DNA of 64,000 nucleotides from Fistulifera solaris (lineage: Eukaryota): NCBI GenBank assembly GCA_030295235.1, contig AP026131.1, forward strand, positions 682,001 through 746,000. The letters run 5' to 3'. The notes below the pieces were generated by a model. That model did not search any database, was not told the DNA's origin, and saw nothing but the letters and a program-made list of their open reading frames with translations. This document shows, in pieces, positions 36,218 through 46,194 of this stretch. Every line of letters begins with the position of its first letter. The first letter of the stretch is position 1. The position numbers and the translations under genes are program-made.

Positions 36218-38350
36218 ATGAATAGCAAGAAAAATATGCAAGCAATCGCACGCCTTTTGCTGCTGGCTGCACTAATACCATCCTCTCAGGGCTCGACGCC
36301 ATTTCTACGGCGGCGTTTACAAGAGAGCGCTTGCCACTTTGGCTGCCTTGAACCAAGGGTCGCGTCGATCGCCGGAACGGCTTTTGTCTTGCAAAATGGA
36401 GGCATTGTGGATGAAATCGAGCATTTTATCACACTCCAAACCAGCGACTGGGTTGTGTATAGTGTGACAGTTCCCTCCGACGGTTTTTATTTGTTGCAAA
36501 CGCAGCTTTCTTTCGACAACGGGTCGTCGCTGAGCATATCCGATCCCCAATCATCCAAGCAGTACGCCACGATTAATGGGAATCCCACTCACACCAACAG
36601 TATCGTGTCCTTAAGATCAGGTACCCAGCAAGTAAGACTATATGCGGAACAGGGCCCGATACAAGTGAAATCTCTTCGTGTCGACATTATCGATTCCATG
36701 GACGAACATGGTTATCACGATCCGCCGTCCGACCAAAATTCTGAGACCGACGTTAGCAGTACCGATGGTGATTCGGAAACGGATGAAGGCACGCTTGATG
36801 AGCCACCATTACAGGCTAAGGAGGAGGTTGACGGCGACACAAGTGAGACGGAAAGTAACGATTTCGACGAAACCTCTATTGAGGTTGAGTCATCCCCAGT
36901 CACGGAAAATGAAGGCAACTCCAGCAATTCAACTAGTGCATCCAATTCCTCATCTACTGCTATTTCTTCCTTACAACTGAAACAACCTGCTATTGTTATG
37001 ATGACAGCTTCCAGCTACACATCGATGAACGGTATCGAACTTGATAACACGACCCACCATGGTCTTCCTCCTACGACGCCACTTGATGCGAATGATTCAA
37101 TTTTATATTCTGTGACAATACCGAGAGCTGGTATGTATGAAATGAAAATGAGTGTTCATAGTCTCGCTGGAGAAGGCTCGTTTGATGTTGTGGATGACGT
37201 TACGGGATTTTTGTACACCTCTGTCAGCGGTTTACCGACTGCATTAAATGCAACTAGTTGGGACACGGTATCAGCGGAGATAACTCTAGTGAGCGGGCCG
37301 CAGCAATTAAGAATCAACGTAACTGAAGGTGGATGGTCCTACACGTGGATAAGACTGACAGAAAGATTGGATCAAAATAGCTCGGGCACTACTGATCAAC
37401 CGTCAGATCAGACACAGTCCAACACCACGTCAGACCTGGCTCAACAGCCTCCAACGCCAGAGGATCCAGCACAAGCGGCGACACCAGCAGATCCAGCGCA
37501 AGTCGCAACACCAGCTGACCCTGCACAAGCTGCGACCCCAGCAAATCCAGCGCAAGCAGCAACACCAGCAGATCCAGCACAAGCGACAGCACCAGCTGAC
37601 CCGGCACAAGCTGCAACACCAGCAATTCCAGCGCAAGAGGCAACCCCGGCTGACCCAGCTCAAGCGGCAACCCCAGCAAATCCAGCGCAAGCAGCAACCC
37701 CGAGTGACCCTGCACAAGCGGCAACCCCAGAAAATCCAGCGCAAGCAGCAACCCCGGCTGACCCGGCTCAAGCGACAACACCAGCAAATCCAGCACAAGC
37801 AGCAACCCCGAGTGACCCTGCACAAGCGGCAACCCCAGCAAATCCAGCACAAGCGGCAACACCAGCGGACCCAGCGCAAGCAGCGAACCCAGCGGATCCA
37901 TCGGATCAGCCTTCGACTCCGTCGAGTTCAACAGAATTACAGTCCACGTCACTTGAACCAGATCCACTTTTAGCAAGCTGTGACGCTGTTATAGAGGCCG
38001 CAAAATATGACACGATGTCAGGTATCCAAGTACAAGGGTCAACTGAAAGCATGGACAACATTGGATGGTTGGATCCTGGAGATTGGGTGGAGTACTCTGT
38101 CTCCATTCCGTCAGCGGGCAGCTATACCATGGACTTCCGTGTCGCATCGCCCGAAGGCTGGGGAAGCTTTGATGTGCTCAATGGTGGCGCAGCACTGACA
38201 TCAATCCCAACTCTGCCAAAATCAAGCGGATGGCAAGACTGGAAGACCGTACCTCGTAAAGTTTCACTGTCATCGGGTCCTACCAATCTTCGTATCAACA
38301 TTTTGAATGGAGGTTTCAATTTAGTCTGGATATGCTTGACTCGCGCGTAA
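36218..38350 (+). CDS. Secreted CBM6-like protein F (3 CBMs, acidic stretch, 16 x 9-aa DPAQAATPA repeat); intact ORF
   Basis: Signal, FLRRRLQ; C-terminal IGWLDPGDWVEYSVSIPSAGSY..RVASPEG..SGWQDWKTV..GGFNLVWICL. Confidence 0.9.
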   Translation: MNSKKNMQAIARLLLLAALIPSSQGSTPFLRRRLQESACHFGCLEPRVASIAGTAFVLQNGGIVDEIEHFITLQTSDWVVYSVTVPSDGFYLLQTQLSFDNGSSLSISDPQSSKQYATINGNPTHTNSIVSLRSGTQQVRLYAEQGPIQVKSLRVDIIDSMDEHGYHDPPSDQNSETDVSSTDGDSETDEGTLDEPPLQAKEEVDGDTSETESNDFDETSIEVESSPVTENEGNSSNSTSASNSSSTAISSLQLKQPAIVMMTASSYTSMNGIELDNTTHHGLPPTTPLDANDSILYSVTIPRAGMYEMKMSVHSLAGEGSFDVVDDVTGFLYTSVSGLPTALNATSWDTVSAEITLVSGPQQLRINVTEGGWSYTWIRLTERLDQNSSGTTDQPSDQTQSNTTSDLAQQPPTPEDPAQAATPADPAQVATPADPAQAATPANPAQAATPADPAQATAPADPAQAATPAIPAQEATPADPAQAATPANPAQAATPSDPAQAATPENPAQAATPADPAQATTPANPAQAATPSDPAQAATPANPAQAATPADPAQAANPADPSDQPSTPSSSTELQSTSLEPDPLLASCDAVIEAAKYDTMSGIQVQGSTESMDNIGWLDPGDWVEYSVSIPSAGSYTMDFRVASPEGWGSFDVLNGGAALTSIPTLPKSSGWQDWKTVPRKVSLSSGPTNLRINILNGGFNLVWICLTRA
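37463..37894 (+). repeat. 27 bp coding tandem repeat, 16 copies
   Basis: Encodes [DN]PAQAATP[ASE] x16. Confidence 0.92.
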
Positions 38351-38480
38351 CATAAGCCAAGCTCTAAAATCACTGCGTTGAATCTTCATGTAATTATAAC
38401 TTGATGGGTGATTTGCGCTCGACTTTTTCACCGTAAAAAAGTGCATAGCGAATTCTACCACTCACACACAATAGCATGTT

Positions 38481-40919
38481 TTATCGCACTGCCGTGAAAC
38501 ACAACCAGGCTAAATTCCAGCCACCGTCGGATATACTGATGCGAAGCGTTTGTGGTCCAGCGGGAAGTATGACATCCGTTGCGTCGGTGTACCAACTTTG
38601 CCATCCACCCGACGGAGTCAGAGAATCGACTGAACCATACACTTGACTCATGTCTTGGGATGTCACTTGAAAGCTTCCGCCTCCATCGGGGGACGCGATA
38701 CGATAACTCATCCTATAGGTTCCTGCTGCCGGCAAATTGACGTCATACTCCAACCAGTCACCAGGGTCAAACCATCCCACATTCGTGAGTCCTTCTGTCG
38801 ATGCCTCCGAGTCGACGCCGGACATTGCGCGGTAATTGTTCGCGGGGATGACAACATCACATGAGCCCGCGTCGGAGGAAGGCGAAGAGGGATGGGAGGG
38901 AGCTGAAGGATCAGCAGGCGATGCTGGTAAGGCTGGGTTGGAGGGCGACGCGGGCAGAGCTGGGTTGGAGGGTGATGCTGGAAGAGCTGGGTTTGCGGGA
39001 GATGCCGGAAGAGCTGGGTCGGCAGGCTCTGCGGGCAAAGCAGGATTGGCGGGCCCTGTGGGCAAGGCCGGGTCAGAAGGCGCTGCCGGTGAACTGGGTA
39101 ATGCTGGTGCACTTGGATTTCCCGGAACACCTGAATCCGACGGCCCAGGAACGCCTGTTGTTGGCAAGCCAGGTGCACTAGGCTCTCCACTATCAGGGGG
39201 GACATTACCTCCGTTATTCGGGACGCCCGGTGCTCCAGCATTAAGCACTCCACTGTTAGGACTGCTTGGAGTTCCACTATTTGGCACTCCATTATTGGGA
39301 CCGCTAAGAGTTCCACTATTTGGCACTCCATTATCGGGGCCGCTCGGCAATCCATTATTCGGCGCACCGTTGTTTGGACCGCTCGGTAGTCCATTATTCG
39401 GTACACCCGGACCATTAGGAAATCCATTACTTGGAACACCATTGTTCGGTCCACTTGGAAATCCACTATTTGGCGTGCCGCTATTTGGAGTCGCACCAGG
39501 GTTCACATTACTTCCACTGCCTGTGCCTGCATTTGGATACGGTGCCGCGGGATAACCACCATTGCTTCCACCGCCTGTCCCAACATTTGGATACGGCATC
39601 GTGGGATAACCACCAACATTACTTCCACTACCTGCATTTTGATACGGTGCGGCGGGGTAGCCCCCGGTACTTCCACTACCATTTCCTCCATAATGATAAC
39701 CACCACCACTGTTGTAGATGTGATTGTGAACATGAATTTCGGGTTGTGTAAGTCCTCCACAACCGCAACCTCCGCCACAACCACAGCCTTCGCTAGAGCC
39801 CTGACTCGACTCCACGTCTTGTAAGCACAAAGACGCCAAGTTCCAACATCCGTTCAATACGCGCACTTGCAAGGTATGCGATCCTGCAGAAAGATCCATT
39901 ACCGTATTCACATTCGTCCACATTCGAGAGTCTCGAATTTTCTCCACTACGGCGTATTGTTGATTGGTTTCCATATCCCTTACTTCCAACGCTCCACCAC
40001 CCTGTGTATCCATAGCACTCAATTGAAGCATGTAGGGCCCATCGTACGGTGCCGTGATCGTATACGCGGCCCAGTCACTTTCATACAATTTGATAAAATC
40101 CGTGTTTTCCGTCACGTCGCTCCCATTCATCGAGATGTAATTAACCGCGGCCACCGATTCCAAGCACACGTCTTGTGGAATGGGCATTAGGGTCGAATTC
40201 TGTTCTAACAAAGTAGGCGCGGGTGTTGCCGAATTTTGTTCGGAAACAGTGGGCACGGTCGTGGATACATTATTCGGCTCCGGCAAAGTCGGCTCGGCGG
40301 TCGATGCATTTTGCAACGACGCATCGGGTAATGACGAAGTTGCGTTTTGCGATGGCGAATCCAGCGAGACGGAAGACTCTTCCAGTGATGGCGTATCGAG
40401 TTGCTGAAGTGAGAGCCATTGCAAATCCCATCCGGATTCGATCACTTCTATTTTCATCACCGATGTTCCTTCCGGTAGCGTAATATTTCTTGATACAACC
40501 GACCACTCATTCCAGTCTCCCGTCACGGGTAACTCATCAATCGTATCGTAAATTTCATCCGTCGCCATGTTCTTGACCGATAGTGACCCTTCTCCGTCAG
40601 GGCTAGCTACATACATTTGTAATTGATACACAGCAGTCGCCGGCAAATCGATGCGATACGCCACATAATCTCCAGGATCGAGTTGCCCCACAGTTCGTAA
40701 TCCTTCCAACGATGCCTCGTTGACGGTGACACCGTTCATGAGCGTGAAATCGGCCGCCGAGACGAGCGTGAAGAATTGATCATTGTGACTGCCGAGTGAT
40801 AGTCTTCGGTCACGACGATTTTTTGTCGAGAAATTCTCTCCTCGGGCTGCGGATGCCACAAGAGCGGCAGTTACTAGAGCACTGCAAAGCCATATTCGCA
40901 TTACGAAGCTTCTTGTCAT
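38481..40919 (-). CDS. Secreted CBM6-like protein G (3 CBMs; Gly/Tyr, Gly/Pro/Asn and PANPALPAS repeats); intact ORF
   Basis: Signal, RDRRLSLGSHND, VGQLDPGDYVAYRIDLP..VTGDWNEW; C-terminal VGWFDPGDWLEYDVNLPAAGTY..RIASPDGGG..SGGWQSW..GGWNLAWLCF. Confidence 0.9.
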   Translation of the reverse strand: MTRSFVMRIWLCSALVTAALVASAARGENFSTKNRRDRRLSLGSHNDQFFTLVSAADFTLMNGVTVNEASLEGLRTVGQLDPGDYVAYRIDLPATAVYQLQMYVASPDGEGSLSVKNMATDEIYDTIDELPVTGDWNEWSVVSRNITLPEGTSVMKIEVIESGWDLQWLSLQQLDTPSLEESSVSLDSPSQNATSSLPDASLQNASTAEPTLPEPNNVSTTVPTVSEQNSATPAPTLLEQNSTLMPIPQDVCLESVAAVNYISMNGSDVTENTDFIKLYESDWAAYTITAPYDGPYMLQLSAMDTQGGGALEVRDMETNQQYAVVEKIRDSRMWTNVNTVMDLSAGSHTLQVRVLNGCWNLASLCLQDVESSQGSSEGCGCGGGCGCGGLTQPEIHVHNHIYNSGGGYHYGGNGSGSTGGYPAAPYQNAGSGSNVGGYPTMPYPNVGTGGGSNGGYPAAPYPNAGTGSGSNVNPGATPNSGTPNSGFPSGPNNGVPSNGFPNGPGVPNNGLPSGPNNGAPNNGLPSGPDNGVPNSGTLSGPNNGVPNSGTPSSPNSGVLNAGAPGVPNNGGNVPPDSGEPSAPGLPTTGVPGPSDSGVPGNPSAPALPSSPAAPSDPALPTGPANPALPAEPADPALPASPANPALPASPSNPALPASPSNPALPASPADPSAPSHPSSPSSDAGSCDVVIPANNYRAMSGVDSEASTEGLTNVGWFDPGDWLEYDVNLPAAGTYRMSYRIASPDGGGSFQVTSQDMSQVYGSVDSLTPSGGWQSWYTDATDVILPAGPQTLRISISDGGWNLAWLCFTAVR

Positions 40920-41258
40920 TGTTTCGGGTCTTTAATGTGCTTCTTTTCACTTGTTTGATGCAAGCAAAAGTTTCGGACAAAAGTTGCCTCCAATAGGCTT
41001 CTTCCGTTCAAGCAGGTTCAAGAAAGAATTTGGTGATGCATGACTGCTTTTTACTGTAGAGTCCGAAGAGACATAGGGCGTGATTGACAAAAATTGTGAC
41101 CGTGTTTCCGTTGCATCTGTCACACTCCTCTGTAAGGTAGTCTCGTTTCCCAGTAAAAGTACTCTCTGAAAACCGATCGGCAAACAACAAACCATAATAA
41201 ACGGCGGCACTCACTTTTCTCGCTTTCTCGCAAAATCGTTTGCTTGTTAACCAAGAAG

Positions 41259-42181
41259 ATGATGACACGAATAATAAGATTTCTTCTATTATCCACCATT
41301 GTATCAAGAGCAGCATCCTTTCAGGTTGGAGTCGCTGTCATTCCAGGAGTTGATTCGGAGCGTCCATCCAAAGTGTATCAAGATGCGTATTTTGTGAAAG
41401 AAATCACGACGACGACGGATGAGACGCAATTACTGGTGGGCGTCTTGGATGGACACGGCAAAGATGGGCACATTGTTTCGCAGTTTTGTGCCGAGCGATT
41501 GCCTTTAATCGTAGAAACGCCAAAGGGCCGCCTCCGGTGGATTTTCTCGAACAACTTTACACACTCGGTCGAGCCACTCGCGACAACAATTCGCTTCATC
41601 CGAAACACCAAATCTTGGTCGATGCGTTTCATCGCGTCCATTACGATGCGATGCAAAGTCCAACCTGCCCGGCCGGACGTAGTGGCACTACATGTGTGGT
41701 TTGCTGGATTGATTCAGATGAAGTGCACGTGGCATACGTAGGAGACTCGCGGGCCATTCTCATCGACGGGGATACCATTACGCCGTGGGCCACGGAAACG
41801 ACTGTGCGTCAACTACCGAAAGAAAAAGAACGCATTGACGCCAGTGAAGGTCGCATCGATGGAAATGGAAATGTATGGTACGGACCGATAGCCATTGCCA
41901 TGACGCGTGCACTGGGAGACGCTGCTATGTTGCGTGCCGGCATATTACCCACCCCCATCACGAAAACGTTCGCACGCAAGAAAGGGACCGTCTTGGTTCT
42001 AGCAACCGACGGTATTTGGGACCAATTGTCGAATGATCAAGTGGCGGAATTGGTAAAAAGCAACATGCCGAATACATCCTTGGCTGCCGACGCCATAAGC
42101 AAATGCTCAAGACAAAAATGGATAGGAGACTTCATCGAAGAAAAAGCAGATGATATTACATGCTTAGTGGTGACTTTGTGA
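41259..42181 (+). CDS. PP2C/PPM protein phosphatase with signal-like N terminus; frameshift ~41515
   Basis: YQDA, GVLDGHG, SGTTC, YVGDSRA, AMTRALGD, LATDGIWD, DDIT. Confidence 0.92.
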
Positions 42182-42220
42182 GTACATACAAGTGAGCTGA
42201 ATCTAATATGCCTTTGAGTT

Positions 42221-44808
42221 CTACGAGATCACTTGGAAGCTCCCATCGGTTTTCTTCATCAGAATACCATTCCCTCGCAGTTCATCAACAACGGAAGGAA
42301 ATTCACTCAATCCACAACCAACCTTGTCTGCAATTTTCCGCTGCAAATACATGGTTTGTTTAGATGACATGGATGAAGCACAATAAAACTTACGAGCGAC
42401 ACTTACCAAATCATCCATCGTGCAATGACCTCCTGGACCGAATATCAGTTGCAACTCTTTTTTGAAAGAGGTTTTCATTTTGCGATTACTAATGCCCCCA
42501 GCACCGCCTCGGCCACGATCAAGACGCCCGTTATCATCGCTGTGAACTTGATCCACCGACGTACTTAAAAGCTCAACGACATCCAGGGCGTCTTCCTTTA
42601 AGCAGTATTCGCGCAAGCACGCCTTAGCACGAGCTTGACACAGTCGGATGAGTGCTTCGAGTTGTCGAGTCGTAATAGGAACCGAGTCGCAATTCCGACG
42701 TCCGCCTGCGGGATACCTGGCATGAAAGATTAGCGTTTTGCTGTCGGAGGAGATGCGCGATGATTGATGAGTGACTTACCGGAGCTGCATGAAATAATCC
42801 TTCAAGACTTCGGCTGCTTCTTTCGTCATTTTTGGCTTGCAGTATTCTCTGGCGTAAGCAATGTAGTCTCTGACGAGGGTTGCGGGGAGAGGCTGCTTTT
42901 GAAATTCGGAAACCCAAGCCAGCCGCTCGGACAAAGGCAGCACGCGACCATCTACAGCTTTGACAGTGTCTGGCAAATTTGTTTCCTGTGCTGACGCCGT
43001 CCAAGAAGCACTGTTACTCTGATCTTTTCGGTATAAGTTCATTATATTGGAGGAAACCAGGCGATCTTGCGATTGATCAGCACGATCTCGTAGAATGAAG
43101 ACCAGGTCGAAACGGCTTAGGATGGGTTTCGCCATGTTCAAATTTTCGCTAACGGACTTATTCATCGAGTAACTCCCATGTCGCGGATTCGCTGCGGCAA
43201 CGATGCTGCATCGAGCTGGTAGTGAAGCAACAACGCCTGCTTTTGCAATGGATACTTGTTGTTGTTCCATTGCTTCCAAAAGGCCTGGATAAGTAACAAA
43301 CATAAAATCTTAAGTTAGCAGGACAGTCCTACTAATCACATAAGAGAACACATCCGATTGACGTACCATCTTGGTGACTCTTGTTCATCTTATCGAATTC
43401 GTCGATGCAGCAAATTCCTTGATCAGCTAGTACTAAAGCTCCAGCTTCAATTCCAGTTTCTCCTCGTTCTTCTTTCGTGAGCGTCACCGTCAAACCCGTC
43501 GTTGACGATGTGTTTCCTCCGACGTACACACTACGAGCCGCCAACTGTCGAGCCGCTAAAAGCATTTGACTTTTTCCCATACCAGGGTCACCCACAATCA
43601 AGATATGAGAGTTCGATCGTATTCCGTTGGTAGGTGTGCCGCCTAAAAGACACAAGAGAATCCCTGCCTTGACATGGTGATGTCCAATGATGGCAGGACA
43701 CAATGAGCGAACCAGCAAGTCGAATGGGAAGGCCCGCCTCTCAGGTAATCCAAAGTATCGGTGATCAGCGTGACACAGCGACGTGATGGCCTGCAGTTGT
43801 TGTTGTGTGTAAACAACCGTATGCATGTTGCTGTTTTGTTGACTCTCCGACAAGGAGGAAACCGAATGTCCTCGTAGAAACAACTCATATGTACTACCGC
43901 TTTCTTTTCGACGTTTACTTGCATCACTTTTCAAAGCAGCCACAGTGCAAACCATCTGCACAACATCTCCAGCACGACATGCGTTGACCAAGTCATGTTC
44001 GACTTCCACCGCCATTTGTCGTGGGGTCCGTCCTGCTTGAATGGTGCGTTCATCTGCTGCTTCCTGTAGCTTTAATTCTTGTACATCGATATATCTTGCT
44101 GTGGCTCGTTGAAGCGAGAATGTTTTTCGACCCTTGCATTGAGGACAGCACGATGTAGGCAAGAATATTGACCCTGCGGGAGTGAATGGGTCAACGTATG
44201 CGCACATTTCGAACAAATGAAATCCGCGGTCGCCACTCTGAGTCGTTTCGAGCGAGCTTTCAATACATGGCCTTGCAATGATATGAATTTGCCGACTAGA
44301 CCCGTCCGTATATCCATCATATTCACAAGGGGCAAAACGTGCAGAAATCTGACGATTATTTGGACCGTATCCCAGTATTCTTCAGGTACATTTTTACCCA
44401 CCCCGCAAGCCAGCGCCATAGAAACGCCTAGTGCAGGAAGTGCTTCTTCGGACATGTGATAAAGAAATGCACCGAACGATTCTTTCTGTATGTATTCTTG
44501 TGTCGGCGCTTGACCCCGTAGTTCAAAATCGTGCAGTTCATCCATGAACTCTTGATGATGAAGAGATAAGACAATACGACCCGTTTTGATCCCAAGTTGA
44601 GCATATTCTTGAAAGCAGGACGGAACTACTTCTTTTGAAGAACAAAACGGAAGAAGCTGTACAGACGCGATATAAAAGCCATGGCATTGGGAGGAACGCG
44701 AGTAACCTTGGATTCTACATGCGTAGGCACTCCAACTAATTGACGGTTACAAGCCCTCCACAACCGAAGGGTGATGTCTTTAGGTATTTCATCAAAATTA
44801 GAGCTCAT
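42221..44808 (-). CDS. MCM8: MCM8-like DNA helicase; multi-exon, with apparent frameshifts
   Basis: Walker A HILIVGDPGMGKSQML, IEAGALVLADQGICCIDEFDKM, MEQQQVSIAKAG, ILSRFDL arginine finger, Zn finger CSKC...CPQC. MCM8 rather than MCM2-7 judged from overall motif pattern. Confidence 0.8.
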
Positions 44809-46194
44809 CTCTAATCAAGTCATTGAAGATGTCAAAGATTGCTGCCTGAGTTCTCATCGTCATTGTCGCAAAAAGAAAAATACCAGGTACTGGGGCAACC
44901 ATACCATGCTATGCTGGTGGACCCAATTGGATTGTCCGTCGTCGGATTTACATAGGAGAATTCCATACCACAGCGACATAAAAACCAATAGGTAAATAGC
45001 TTCGACCAATCAGAATCATAGTTCCAATTGCTCCAACCAATCAAATTGCTAGTTCCAATTGCTCTTTTACAGCGACTGTACGCCATCCGCACTGGCGGGT
45101 CTATGAAAACCAAACGGGTCACTTTTTCGATAAATATTTGCCATTGCGAGGCATCTGGATTTTCTCACTATTTTGTCGTAATTATTGCGGTTTCTCCTTG
45201 TTGATGCCTTAATCTATTGACTAGCAACTAGCAGCTTACATGAACGGAGTTCAAGATAGCTTCTATCGTGGCGTTTTCACTCGATTTTCGCTCACATTTT
45301 TCCTCGACAATATAGTTCTTGGTCGGAAGTGCCGTAATGATCGGGAACATTTCTGATAGCTCAGTACATTAAATGTAAGATGTAGTTAATGCGCTTACTC
45401 AACAAGTAGGTACTTAACAAAAGAGAAAATCACAGATTTCAAGCGTCAAATGTCGCACACTTTTTCTACTGACGACATCGCGAAAAAGAGAAAGACGTCC
45501 ATTTTAGCAATGAAATCATGCCCAAAGGCATCTATATGTCCCTAACTGTGTTAGTTGTACAGCTTTTATTGCTGATTTTGATCGCCTTGAGTTGAAACTA
45601 TGAATTGCGATACAACGAATTTTTTTTGAATAAATGCCGCCTTTCGTCCGACGTCTGCATGCACGATGCACTGACATATTAATGTCGGAAAAGCGTCTCA
45701 AGTCACTTCGCGTGATTGAAGGAAGACTCATAGCAGTCTTTAAGGTTCCGTCGACATCGTATTTCTCACCAATCGGCTATTTTTCTCCATTTTCGGAGGG
45801 CTCAAACACTACAGCAACGACTCTTTTGGTGTCAAGAATCGCTTCTTCGTTGCATATCAGCAAAGCACTATCATTAAATTAATTCGGTTCATATGGAGAA
45901 AGCAGGTTTTATGCAAATTGCATGCAGGAAGGTCTTTGTTGCCCATGCCGATGAAAGAATGAAAGATGGAAAATGCGAGATCAAAACGCGAAAACGACGT
46001 CTTTCGACGTCTGACTGTCGCTCGCTTCGCTCGCGACTTTTATAATTTCCAATTGGTCCACCAGCATGGTATTATTGCCGGTACTGGTACAAGTAATAAA
46101 AGCAAGAAGAGTATACTGGTACCTGATACAACTCCAGGTTCGATCCCCCCTCAAAAATTATTACGCGGTTATTTTTTCGTGAAGAATCATCATC

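Noticed and set aside
37389..37976. Antisense Cys/Trp/Arg-rich and Leu-rich ORFs
   Set aside because: Shadow frames of the 27 bp coding repeat in CBM protein F
38836..39555. Collagen-like Gly-X-Y ORF on the + strand
   Set aside because: Antisense of the Pro-periodic linker of CBM protein G; no ATG start or signal peptide
22798..40919. Bacterial contamination or a polysaccharide utilisation locus
   Set aside because: Spliced eukaryotic genes are interleaved, orientations are mixed, and there are no SusC/D or hydrolase genes
46100..46160. tRNA gene suggested by GGTTCGATCC
   Set aside because: No acceptor stem, D-arm or anticodon arm could be folded by eye
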